Below, one piece after another: positions 39,901 through 51,435 of a stretch of DNA of 64,000 bases. Position 1 is the stretch's first letter; every line of letters starts with the position of its first letter. The position numbers and the translations under genes were made by a program. The stretch comes from Octopus sinensis. Taxonomy: Eukaryota. The notes below the pieces were generated by a model. The model did no database searches, was not told the origin of the DNA, and worked only from the letters and a program-made list of their open reading frames with translations. The stretch covers positions 83,328,001 through 83,392,000 of the forward strand of contig NC_043000.1 of the NCBI RefSeq assembly GCF_006345805.1, read 5' to 3'.

Positions 39901-41990
39901 TGTAGCAGACCAATTTAAATTGTGGACAACCTATGCTATCCCTATCCTCTGACCTAACAAATACTCTATCTAAATACGATCTGGATGACCTGCTGTGGTT
40001 GCTCCATGTCCACACTGGCACATCAAGGAAATACAGTCGTTATCTGTCAGAAACCTGGAAAGTCCTGAGCAGGTTTTCGAGGCTTTTACATCCCCTTCAA
40101 CTATGTACTAGACCCATATAGTCCTTCCGTGCATCTAAAATACTATTCTAGTACCCCACTAGTACCAGAGTGCGAGACGTTCCCAGTCTAAAGGCACCAC
40201 CTTCGCTGCCATTCACGTCCAGGACCACCACCCTACCATCCGGGTCCAGGAAGATAGACCGTACTTGGAGATCTAAGGATTTCTGGAGTAGCACTGCTAC
40301 ACTGCTGCCTGCTCCCGATAGACCACAAGATGAGAATACCTCGTAGTCATCGAAAATGGATGCTAGATCGTGCTTTCCAGAAATCCTTGTTTCACTAATG
40401 GCAGCCACATTCAAATCAAGTGACCTGAGATCGTTGAGCAAGTAACCTTCCTTCTAAGCTGATGCCAGTTCACGCACATTCACACACCTCATTCTCAACA
40501 CAGCCATGCTAGTCGGAGAAAGAAAATGAAGAGGCTATTTATCATGATTTTCGAGAAACCCGGAAGTTCTGAGCCTCTCTACTGGCGAAAATTTTTTAAA
40601 AGGCCCTTTCAACAGTCTTTTATCAACAGATTTATTTTTTAAAATCCCCACACTAGCTGGAAATTTTTCGATTATAATTTTATAAACGTCTGACAACGTT
40701 TTAATTAAAAGTCTGTCCTTGGGTGTTTTGAGGATGAAATCCTCAAATTCCTTTCCCTCTGTCTCTATTTTGTTTTTGTTTTGACTTACAAAATCCATCA
40801 ATTCATTGTTACACTTATCCACAACAGTGAAATTGATGGATACATTTCGTCTACAGTCTGATGAATATCTTTGAAGTTCTGTAATTGGTTGGTTCTGTAT
40901 TTCTGTGATTTCATACTGTTGTTGATAATGTTGCTGTTTTTGAAGTTGTTGATCTTGTTCTTGCAGTTTTTGTTGGAGTTGTTGTGAATTGTGTTGCAGT
41001 TGTGGTTTCAGAATAAGTTTTTGTTGATTTCTTGGAGTAGGGCTATGTACCATCCTCCTCTTTCGCCTACACCCGTTTTGTGGCTGTGATCCATTGATCG
41101 TTCAGCGCTTCGGTCTCTATGTCATTGCAATTGATGTTGGTTTGGGAGGAAGAGCATTCAGGAGAAACTTGCTTTTCCGTGGTAACAGAGGATAGACACC
41201 TTCTTTGTCTTGGTTTGGAAGTGGGTGTAAGCGTAGGTGTGGGAGTAGGTGTAGGAGTCTTGAGCACTTGTTTATGATTTTACACTTGTGGTGTTTGCAA
41301 TGCTGGCAGCAGTGGGACTTTATTTTTCCTTGTTTCAGTGCAGGGAGCCTTTAAGGGATTTATAGGTCCACGTGTGTGGCATCTTGGCTTTCTACTCTCC
41401 ACGAACACTGACAGGTGAGTACCATCCGATTAGATCGGGCAGCTGGTCTATATGGTCCTGCTTGCATTGCAAAGTCTGTTCCATAGCTATACCTAACCAG
41501 TTTTGCTTATGTAGTTTCTTGGCCTCCATTATTGTGACTTCGTCTTCTAAACCTGCCAAGACAGCCGCCACTAACCAGGTAATGGATATTTTTGGCGGCG
41601 CATTCAGCACCCTAATATTGGCAAGGCGTTGGCCGCGATAGCTGGGGATTAAGAAAAGGTTGTCATTCCTCAAAGTGGTTGCAGAATTACATCTAGCTTC
41701 TTCCGTCCCAAATCTCACCTCAGTGGTTCCAAACTTCTTTCCTCGGATGATGTGGGTCCTTTGTTCCCACACGCGCCCAAAGCATTTTTGTACTTCGCTG
41801 TCAGGAGCATTTTCCACTCGCCGCGTCTCTTGTTTTCATTGGATAATTGAGCAAAGCATCAAACCGAATGAATATATAACCATGTATTAATTATTTATTG
41901 ATAATGTCCGAATTGGTCGAATACTTTAACCAAAGAACATAAGAAGTTTGCTGGTACCGAGAGACTGGAGCAATTTCTTTTAAAAGTCTA
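36912..41990 (-). mobile_element. Tx1/L1-clade LINE, near full length but decayed (ORF1 + APE-RT-zinc finger ORF2); 5' limit approximate
   Basis: ORF1 pieces 41392-41817, 41067-41267, 40535-41053. APE at 40148-40441 (AAISETR) and 39701-40021 (SYLDRVFV, GPGYWKLNSSL). RT at 38867-39157 (FRPINLLNTEFKILAKVLAKRL), with DQ*KAFDRV and YADDVTV readable by hand. C-terminus 37188-37373 (FFKFHLKRKVRVER). AATAAA then an (ATT)n tail at 36846-36911. Confidence 0.93.
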
Positions 41991-42902
41991 CAATAAATGA
42001 GTACCGTGAAAATTGAACTGTATTTGCATAGAATGCCTTCTAATGATCTTTTCTACTATAGGTACAGTGGCCTGAAATTTCGGGGGATGGGATAAGTCGA
42101 TAACATCAACTTGGACTTATTTTATCGACCTCGAAAATATAAAAGGTGAAGTTGACCTAGGATAAATTTGAACTCAGAACGTAAAGACGGCCGAAATGCT
42201 GCTAAGCATTGTGGCCGGTGTGCTAACGATTCTGACAGCTCGCCGTATTAGAATACCTTCTAATAATGTAAATACTTAAGCTAATACAAAGTTACTGAGC
42301 AAAAAAGAGAGAAAAGAACTCAACAGCGGTATTTTGGGAGTTGTACGACATATAGTACAACTTTAGAGGAATAACCTAGAAGGATTTACTTACGGTGAGT
42401 TTCTATTGATCATCAGAGAAATATGAATAATCGCAGTAATGTGAAGGAAAGTAAGCCTTTAGAAAACGGGAGGTAAGTCTATGAAAAACATTATTAATAT
42501 TCTATCATTAGACTTATTTTCACATAATTATTTATATCTCTCACATTAAATATTTATCAATAGATACAGACTTTTTTGAAAGCCTTCCAATTCCCATATT
42601 TTTCTTTAATGGTTTACTCCGGGGAAATTGGCTATGCTGATGGTCTTCATAGCCCCTCTGAAATAGGCGTTGTGATTGATATTGTTTGAAAAGAATAACA
42701 AGCTAATGGCTGCCGGAATAATAAGGAAAAGAAGGGAATTTCAGGGGATTGAAGTTCTGGTAGGAAGGATTGGAGATAGCAGTTAGTGCGAAACCTGAGA
42801 AAGCAGACAATAATATAGGTGACGAGAAAAAAAAAGAGACGGCTAGGTGGCGGTTCCAAATGGATCTGCCAACTCCGAAGAGCAGGGGCCATTCTAGTAG
42901 TG

Positions 42903-42903
<1 letters not shown>

Positions 42904-42978
<75 letters not shown>
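42904..42978. repeat. (TA)n microsatellite
   Basis: Directly visible. Other long (TA)n-based tracts at ~15814-15854, 28765-28803, 29490-29540, 46803-46874, 48890-48962, 51836-52016, 52430-52550, 53420-53555, 56150-56200, 60405-60565. Confidence 0.97.
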
Positions 42979-42980
<2 letters not shown>

Positions 42981-44331
42981 CAGAAAGAGGATACAGTACC
43001 TCTCTGAATCAGATTCTGGAATGTGTTACTGAGGCCTTTTGTAGCTCAGTCTTCGATGTTCGCGTGTGCAGCAGCAGAACTGTACAAGTACAAGCAGTGT
43101 TCTATTGCACGTTTCACTTGGGCTACGCTGAAAGCAGCTCATAGAAGATGACATATTTTCTGACTCTAAAGAGGAAGGCCAGACTTTGAGATGCTGTGGT
43201 TGCTATGAAGTAGATGTGATATCACCAGAAGAGATTAGCAGTGATCTACTCTAGATGAAATTTAGTAGACAAAAAGTTATCACCAATATTTTTCTGCCAA
43301 ACATAATAATTGCTAAAATATCCGATTATACTTTCTTCCGCCATTAATCATTGCAAAGATAAAGACTGGAAATAACTTTGACAATCCACCCCATCCTAAT
43401 ATATTTATATATACGTATTCATTTTTAGTTTATAGCAGAAATGTTGTGCACAATATCGACACTTCAGGGAATCCCCTACGCTGCAGATTGAAGCAATCAC
43501 TTCAAAAAATTTGCATACGACTACATTAACCACTTTCCAAGGCTACTGCACCTGACTTCCTTATTTACGTGACTCATCTCTTTTTCTTAATTAGTTTCCG
43601 AGTCGTTCTTACACTCTCCGGGGAGTTGTGAAATCATTTTAGTTTCACTTCTCGTTTGTGACAAATTCACATTGTTTACATCGATAACATCCCACTGAAT
43701 GTTACAAAATCCCAGTTTCTCTTCTATAAAAATATATAGCCATATGCTTGTAAAATAAATAAATAAATGAAAGGAAATAGTAACTAGGCCAAACTTTCTT
43801 CACAATACATGTTTCTCAGAGTATTTTTTCCAGTAAATACTCTCAACTGACTTGACAACTAGCTATAACCAGATTTACAAGTTATGTAAAAAAAAGTTTT
43901 AGATTTAATATCACTAAGTCGAGTCGTTAGAATGTTATTCTGTTAGCTGATCTCGCTTAAGTATAATTAATAAATAATCAGGTACATATTCCTGACAGAT
44001 AAACTATAGTGCATAGAGGTACTAAAATTATACATGGGTATGACAAAATTATGAAAAATCATGTTATTCAAGGCATATTTGCATAGATTTTCTAAAGCCT
44101 TAAATGAACCCAAGATCTCAACTCGCCCAATTAGTTTGTAGGATAAAGTTCAAATTCTTTCGTCCATTTAGAAAAATTATTGGCGCGCTTTGCATGGAAA
44201 GTTTATAAAATTAAATCTGTGTATATTTATGATTCAATACACTTGTGTACACTCAAATATGGAAAGAGGTTCACTGCAGAGATTGTCTCAGAGAGTATAT
44301 TCGGGTTCGGCTCTGAATGACGTTATCGGAC

Positions 44332-44379
44332 TGTATGACACGTGTTTCTGCGTAGCTACGCCTCATCAGTAACATACAC
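44332..44379 (-). ncRNA. Hammerhead-like ribozyme motif with palindromic stems II and III
   Basis: Minus: tgtatgtta CTGATGA g GCGTAGCTACGC a GAAA CACGTG TC ataca. Intact CUGAUGA and GAAAC, palindromic ACACGUGU stem III, GUC cleavage triplet. Stem I imperfect and G10.1 faces A. Confidence 0.6.
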
Positions 44380-45364
44380 CACTTCAACTGTTTAAAACAA
44401 TTAAAAATTGCTTTAAAGTTAAAAATCTAGAGAATACATAGAAACCTACTGCTTACGTTACTTCCCAAATCGTTCAAAATTATGACAAAATTATGAAGAA
44501 ACATTAATCAGGACATATTTGTATGTATTTATCATATTTTTAAAATTGTGGTGTACCAAGACACATCTTGTGGTCACAATTTGAATACCTCTAATTTAAA
44601 GAGACATTTTCGACCACTTAATGCTGTGAAAGACCAAATAAACCACCGACACACATAGCTTGCTGCCCTGAATACACCTCAACAAGGCCGGTAAAATCCA
44701 CGTGACTAAGTAGTGAAGTACAGATACCCCTGACTAAGAGATACATCTCCCTCTGAATCGGAAACTAATTTGTTACAGGTAACTTTTCTTCGCAGACAGA
44801 ATTCAACAGAGATCAGCTAACAGACAAAACATCTGAAATTTACAGGACTTCCACTGACATCTTGAGTTATTCCATTGAGGGTTAAATAACTTGGTCATGA
44901 ATACAACATATCGCCGCAAGCAGAATGCAGATCGTCCACCCATCGATACCCTATTGATTCTATTAACCGCGTTTTCTTGTGACGAAAAACCTTACTCAGT
45001 ATCTCAAATCAGTACTTATTTCATGGCTAGGAAATGGAAAGGACTTAAAATAAATTTAAACCAAGAAAGTATACTCTGTGCTGTTTGGTTCTGAAAATTG
45101 CCGTTCAGAATTTGAAAGAGCCAGAAACATATTTCTTTCTACTATGGACGCAAGGCCTGAAATTTAGGAGGAAAGAGGCTAGTCGATTATATCCGTCTCA
45201 GTGCACAACCAGTATTTATTTTATTGACCCTCAAAAAGATGAAAGGCAAATTCAACATCGCCGGAATATGAACACAGAACGTAAAGACGGACGAAATGCC
45301 GCTCAATATTTTGGCCGGCGTGCTAACTATTCTGCCAGATTTGAGCAAATCATTCCATATTGTT

Positions 45365-46040
45365 AATCGAAATGCTGTGTGGCTAATTCTAACGAAAATG
45401 AATTGCCCAGAAAAATTTGTAAACATGATCAGGGTTTTGCATTAAGATATGAAAGCTAGAGTTAATTTTGGTGTTAGGCTCTCTGAGCCGTGGAAAAAGG
45501 AGTAAAGCAAGGAGACCTTGATGCACCCACCCTCTTTGCAATATATTTTGCTGTTGTGTTGTCATACGCTTTTCAAAACTCCGAGGAGTAACATAAAATA
45601 TCGAACAGGCAATGTTTTTAATCTGAACAGACTGAAATTCAAAACGAAGATTTTTTATTTCACACATTAGGGAACTCTTATACGCTGACGATTGCGATCT
45701 AGTCAGTCATTTTGAAACAGGTCTGCAATCTCTTCTATCTACATTTGACTCAGCTTGTGATGATTTTGGCTTGACCATCAACTTGAAAAAAAAAACAGTT
45801 GTTATGTATCAGCCTGCATGTGGTGCTGTTTGCAACCCCACTAAATTTTTTGTTAAGGGTAAGCTACTTGAGGTTGTTGATTCTTTCATCTTCCTTGGAA
45901 GCTCTGTACAAAATTATGGAAATTTGGACACAGAAATATATCAGCGAATTCAAAGGGCAGTAAAAGCATTTGGTGGCTTGGAATCATGTGTTTGGCGCCA
46001 ACGAGATATAAATAACAATACAATATTGGCTCTGTACAAA
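45365..46040 (+). mobile_element. RTE-clade LINE RT fragment
   Basis: Manual translation gives VNRNAVWLILTKMNCPEKFVNMIRVLH, GVKQGDLDAPTLFAIYF, LLYADDCDL; ORF 45771 gives GLTINLKKT.VMYQP...EVVDSFIFLGS. Confidence 0.9.
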
Positions 46041-46720
46041 CCAGTTGCATGGGATGGAGTACACTCAGTTCTTGGTCATATTCTCTTCTATTGGTGGTTT
46101 TACTCGAAGGAAATATTTGCGAAGTGTTGTATTACTCTTGAATACTGTCCCAATGTCATATGGGCCACATATCTTTTGTATCTTTTTGGAGAGGCCTTTC
46201 ACATAGGGTAGACAGACTGTGGACAGCTTATTGGTTTCGCCCTCTCTTTTCTTCATAATTTGAGTGGAGAGTATGCTTTTGGGGTAGTTGTTGCTTAACA
46301 GATTGTTGCTGAGCTTGATCATTTCTTCGTGGTGGGTATCACGATCTCTACTTATATTCATTGCTCGATGTTTTAGGCACTGAGCAATCCCTCTCTTTAC
46401 ACTGTATGGATGGTGGGAGTTGAAGTCGGCTTGCGGTATACGGATGTCCTGATTCCATACTTGGTACGTGTTATTAATGCGTCCAGGAACGCTAACTGAT
46501 TGTCTTTTTCTTTTTCCATTGTGAACTGTATGGATGGCTTTATTGAGTTCACATGATCTAACAGCACTTGGACGTCTTAGGAATGAGAACCCAGGTTCGA
46601 AATTTCCCCAAGACACCTGATGAAGGCTGGAGTGTATAGCAGCCGAAACGTTGTGTTAACAATAAACAAGATGAGGACAAATATCCGTCAAATGTAAATA
46701 GTGTTACTTGTCTTGTTTTC
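46040..46720 (-). mobile_element. Penelope-like element fragment: RT C-terminus/linker up to the GIY-YIG start, with inverted pLTR at the 5' end
   Basis: Minus: DVQVLLDHVNSIKPSIQFTMEK (alternative frame), FNSHHPYSVKRGIAQCLKHRAMNIS, LPYVKGLSKKIQKIC...TVFKSNTTLRKYFLRVKPP, then *VYSIPC at the junction with the RTE. 46576-46720 is the hammerhead-bearing repeat in opposite orientation. Confidence 0.9.
46611..46657 (+). ncRNA. Minimal type I hammerhead ribozyme (PLE type), apparently intact
   Basis: agacac CTGATGA a GGCTG gagtgtatag CAGCC GAAA CG TT gtgtt. Stem I gacac/gugUU, 5-bp stem II, loopless palindromic ACGU stem III, predicted cleavage after GUU at 46652. Confidence 0.75.
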
Positions 46721-46816
46721 CATTTGTTTCTCTCGTTGTTCGCATACCTAAATTTTCCTTCGTATTTCATGTTGTTTACATTTTGCGACGTCTTGTACTC
46801 ATATATGCATATATAT

Positions 46817-46874
<58 letters not shown>

Positions 46875-48356
46875 TGATTGATTGATTCTAGTTTCAGCTC
46901 ACGAGCTGTGGCCATGCTGGGGCACCGCCATTTGGTGTTGCTACATGGTTTTACTGCACGAATGCTTTTTAGCAACTGCCATTTGGTGCATGAGAGAGTT
47001 CGATGCAGCTGCGCTCATCTGCACCTCCTGCCGTGAAGTTGGTTCATCTGGGATACCTGACAAGAAGAGATCCAGTTTCATTTTAAAGACATCTGCATCC
47101 ACCCCATGCAGGTCTCTTAGGTTCTTCGGGAGGATATTGAAGAGCTGTGGGCCTCGGAAGCCCAGGCTATCACAGTATCTTGTCCTACATCTTGATGGCA
47201 AATTTGGAGTCCTAGGCACCACGCAGTGGCGCCCAGTTCTGGCATTTGTGTAACTCTCGATGCCAAAGTTTGGGACAAGTCCCCCCAGGATCTTCCAGAT
47301 GTATATTATGGCATATCTTTCTCGCCTACGCTCCAAGGAATAGAGTTTTAATCTCTTGAGTCTTTCCCAGTAGCTTATATTCTGCACAAAGGCTATCTTC
47401 TTCGTGTAGCTACGTTGGATCGCCTCAAGTTCTGTGATCAACTTGACACTGGATGGTGACCATAGCTGAGAGCAATAGTCAAAGTGGCTTAGGACAAGTG
47501 TCCTCCAGAGGACCATCATGGTTTCTTGTTCTCTTGTTCTAAAGGTTCTGAGAATCCATCCGGCCAGTCGTCTACATTTCATTGCCAATTTAGCAACATG
47601 TACACGAAAGGTTGCGTCATCACTCATGTAAATACCCAGGTCACGCACTGATTGTGCCTCTGGGATTGCAATTCCTCCGGGTCCAGTGTATTCATTGGGT
47701 ATTGCATTTAGTTTTGTATGCTGATAGTATAAAGCTTGAAACTTTTCAGCATTGAACTGCATGCTATTCTTTTCAGCCCACTTGTATATTTTGTCCAGCT
47801 CACATTGCAGGCGTTTAGTGTCCTCAGGGTTCTGTATTGCCTGTGAAACTTTTGTATCATCTGCATAACTTGTGATCGTGGTTCTCTGCGTGGCTGAGGG
47901 CATGTCTGAGAGGGCCATTATGAACAGTAGTGGTCCCAAAACAGTGCCCTGCGGAACACCGCTCACTATTTGCGTGTTAATGGAAACTACCACCTGACTT
48001 CTATCTTTCAGAAAGTCATGAAGCCATTCTCCCAGTTTTCCAACTATGCTAAGATCACGCAGTTTGTGACATATCATTCCATGATCGACTTTATCAAAGG
48101 CCTTTGCAAAGTCGAGATATATCACTTCCACATTTGAGTGGTTGAGCAGTCGTTTCAGTACCCAGTCATAGTGTTGTAGGAGCTGAGTTAAGCAGCTTCT
48201 TCCTGGTCGGAAACCATGTTGGGTGTCAGGCAGCAAGTCATTTTCTTCAAGGAAGGTGATCAGTTTCCTTCTGACTATTCGTTCCATGACCTTGCTGATG
48301 TGTGAGGTCAGAGAGATAGGTCTGTAGTTCTTGGCCTCCGCTCTGCTACCTCCTTT
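46875..48356 (-). mobile_element. CR1-type LINE, 5'-truncated, uninterrupted RT frame, (ATCA)n tail, inserted in (TA)n
   Basis: ORF 46941-48446; the real part starts at 48356 and the upstream residues are microsatellite. Motifs: [73 protein letters not shown]. (TA)n on both flanks. Confidence 0.96.
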
Positions 48357-48425
48357 ATATATATATATACATATATAAGTATATACATATATGTATGTAT
48401 ATATGCATATACATACATACATACA

Positions 48426-48523
<98 letters not shown>

Positions 48524-48560
48524 AAGAGAGAGAGACAGATAGATAGATATAGATGCATTT
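48356..48560. repeat. Compound (TA)n/(TACA)n/(GA)n/(GATA)n microsatellite
   Basis: Directly visible. Confidence 0.96.
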
Positions 48561-48885
48561 TTAGAAATGTATGTATATTTATATTTGTATATGCATGTAT
48601 ATTTACATATGTATGTTTGTATATGCCTGTTTGGCATTGTATGCAGATGCTATCTTGTTGCTTGTTACTTGTTGTTCATGACCAGAAATGAACTGTAAAC
48701 TTACGCTACTTTCTCCCCACCACCGCAGATGTAATTATATATAACAAAAATTTATTATGTTGTGTCTGGGGAGAGTCATTCTCTTTTAGTGCCTTATTAT
48801 TAGTTCAGTAGATTAAATATGTTAACACCAGCTTCAGCATTTGGTTTTATGCAGAGTATGTCCATAGATATTTTTCCTAGTCCTT

Positions 48886-48970
<85 letters not shown>

Positions 48971-49269
48971 ACAAGATGCCGTCGAATAAATTCGAGGTAA
49001 ACATGAAGGGAATTTAATTAATTGAATGAATCGCCCTCCAAATCTTATTTTCATAATTTTAATCTGTCCAAACGAACACAGTTCGTATTTTAGTTGCCTC
49101 TGAAAACCAGGTAAATGATGTACCAAATGAAGTCACATCTGATCCAACTTGCGACACGCATGTGTGCATCCTAACTCATCTATACAGATAGAATGAGTTC
49201 GTCCGGTTTAAAAGTGCCAAGGCGCGCTGTATGCTGTAACAGCGCACTTACGACTCGAGCAGGAGCTGA

Positions 49270-49360
49270 AGGCTCAAGGTGGAGGAGACGGAGGAGCGAA
49301 GGAGGCGGAGGAGGCGGAGGAAGTGAAGGAGGCGGAGGAGGTGGAGGAGCCAGAAGGAGA
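49270..49360. repeat. (GGA)-rich purine tract
   Basis: ggtggaggagacggaggagcgaaggaggcggaggaggcggagg...; explains the poly-G and poly-P ORFs. Confidence 0.9.
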
Positions 49361-50269
49361 GGAAACACACAGTCACAGACACACACAACGAAACATGTGC
49401 GCTCTAATGAAGCAAAAATATTGAGAAAACTGTTTCAGATGCCATTATTGTTATCATGCAGCATCACCTGACTTGAGGGAAATGAGACGTAATGTTTATG
49501 GCATTACTGTTGTCAACCTGACTTGAGCAGCCTTTGATCATAATTACTTCAGCCATAACCCCACTGTTTATGGTGGGGAGTGGGGAGGTCGTGTAGAACC
49601 GCATGCTTCCTGTTCTTATATAAAATGACAGGGTCAGGGCGGTGGCTTCGCAGAATTGTTGGAGCGTTAGACAAAGTGTCCTGAGGTATTTCTGTCGATA
49701 CTGCATTATGAGTTCAAATATCACCAAGTGAATCGATAAATTAAAATACCCGTCAAGTATCGGAGCAAATGGTATTGACTAACTTCCCGCTCCTCAAAAT
49801 TGCTGCCCTTCAGCCTAAATTAGAAACCATTAATTCTCAAATCATCCAACGAACAAAGTGTTTGAGAATCTGTGGTTGCTTAGAGAGAGCACAATTCACA
49901 TAAAATCTCTGCGATGAGTCGTGAAGAGAACGTTCGTGCAATGATCACGTTAAAACTGAATACAAAGATATCTCTACAGGACTCCCTTGAAAGCTTACCA
50001 GAGTAGAAATGAAAATAAAAAAAAAGAAAAGAAAAAAGAAGCCAACGGTGCTTCAGAAGTCGGTTATTAAAAGTAAGCATTCTATTATTGTTTCATGTTA
50101 ATTCAACAATCAATACTGGTACACGCAACAGTCCTGAGATTACATCGACCTCAGTGCTGATTTGGTACTTATTTTATCGACCCCAAACGATTCTGCCAGC
50201 TCGCAGCCTTACGTCAATATAAGTAATGCCAATATGTTAATGAGAAATCTCCATGTCGGCCTAAAACGA

Positions 50270-50890
50270 ACATGAAACGTAGTCATTTCCAACGCTTGCG
50301 TTGAAATCTCGCAATATGACCAGCTTGTTAGAAATTGGTACTTTCGTCAATAATTGTGTTAGATCGTCATAAAACTGTCCTACAGATTCATCAGAACGAG
50401 ACATTGTTGGTGCATAACTACTGACAACAGTAAGAAACCTACCTTTTGTCAGTTTTATATGGCATGACATGGTTCGTTCAGATATACCACTTGGAAATTC
50501 TGCAATGGAGGATACTAATGAATTCTTGAGAGCAAACCCAACGCCAGATTCTCTACGCTGACCCTCAGATAGTCCTCTCCAAAATATAGTATATCCAGAA
50601 GTAGGTTCATTTATTTGACCCTCACCAGAGAGACGAGATGTGTTTCAGAAAGCGCAACTGAACCAAGGGAATATCTTTTAAGCTCATATGCAATAAGTGC
50701 AGTACGCCTTCCTGGCCTCTTGTTGAAATAATCATCAAGAAGTGTACGCACGTTCCAACAACCATAATTCAAAAGATGTTTATTTTTACTTTTTCTTCAA
50801 GATTGTTTGACCACAGTGACAGGATGACGACCGGGCTCAGCCTGTGATACACTGGGACACTTGCCGAGCCAGGCCTGTTCCCCTAACGTT
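50270..50890 (-). mobile_element. RTE-clade LINE 5' fragment (5' UTR + APE endonuclease)
   Basis: Minus: WNVRTLLDD...RRTALIAYELKRY...ALSET (manual) and ORF 50261-50470 FLTVVSSYAPTM...FYDDL...KLVILRDFNASVGND. Confidence 0.88.
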
Positions 50891-50898
50891 CCCAAGCG

Positions 50899-50943
<45 letters not shown>

Positions 50944-51131
50944 TTTAGAGACAAACCGCTATTTAATTAATCCATCAATAGTGAAAAGATATTAACTATA
51001 ATAACCACATAGAAATTAATTAAATATCTTATAATTATTATTCTAAAAATCTCATGACAAATCAATGGATTAACTAAACACCGGTTGTTTGTCTCTAAAT
51101 TCTCTCTCTCTCTCCATATGTATATATATTA

Positions 51132-51165
<34 letters not shown>

Positions 51166-51435
51166 CATACAAAATGAGAAAATGGAGAAATATATCTAAA
51201 TCATTCATCAACTATCAGATAATACCGACTCCATTTTCTCATTTTTTGTATTATTAATTTATGGTAAAAATAATTTTACCTTTGCCCACCTAATACAGTA
51301 AATGAATTAATTGCATCGCAATTCTTAACATTTATGTATTAGCTTTGTTGGGTACTTCTCTAGCAGTATATTGGATATGTTATCCCATGGAGGGTTGAAT
51401 TTACAACCCCTATCTCATTTTATATATATATATAT

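Noticed and set aside
42640-43260. Gypsy integrase remnant (FQMDLPTPKSRGHS)
   Set aside because: A single short motif-like match, no other catalytic residues, interrupted by (TA)n.
48355-48691. The many YIYI/HTHT/CVCV/MYVC ORFs here and throughout the window
   Set aside because: Translations of (TA)n, (CA)n and (TATG)n microsatellites.
49193-49471. 92-aa Gly-rich ORF and its antisense Pro-rich ORF
   Set aside because: Produced by a (GGA)n tract; no recognisable domain or splice context.
50800-50880. HDV-like ribozyme in the RTE 5' UTR (minus: ggctcggc aagt gtcccag tgt atc aca g gctgagcc)
   Set aside because: An 8-bp P1-like stem is present, but L3 is only 3 nt, there is no P1.1 and no downstream strand to pair with gtcccag, so the nested double pseudoknot cannot form.
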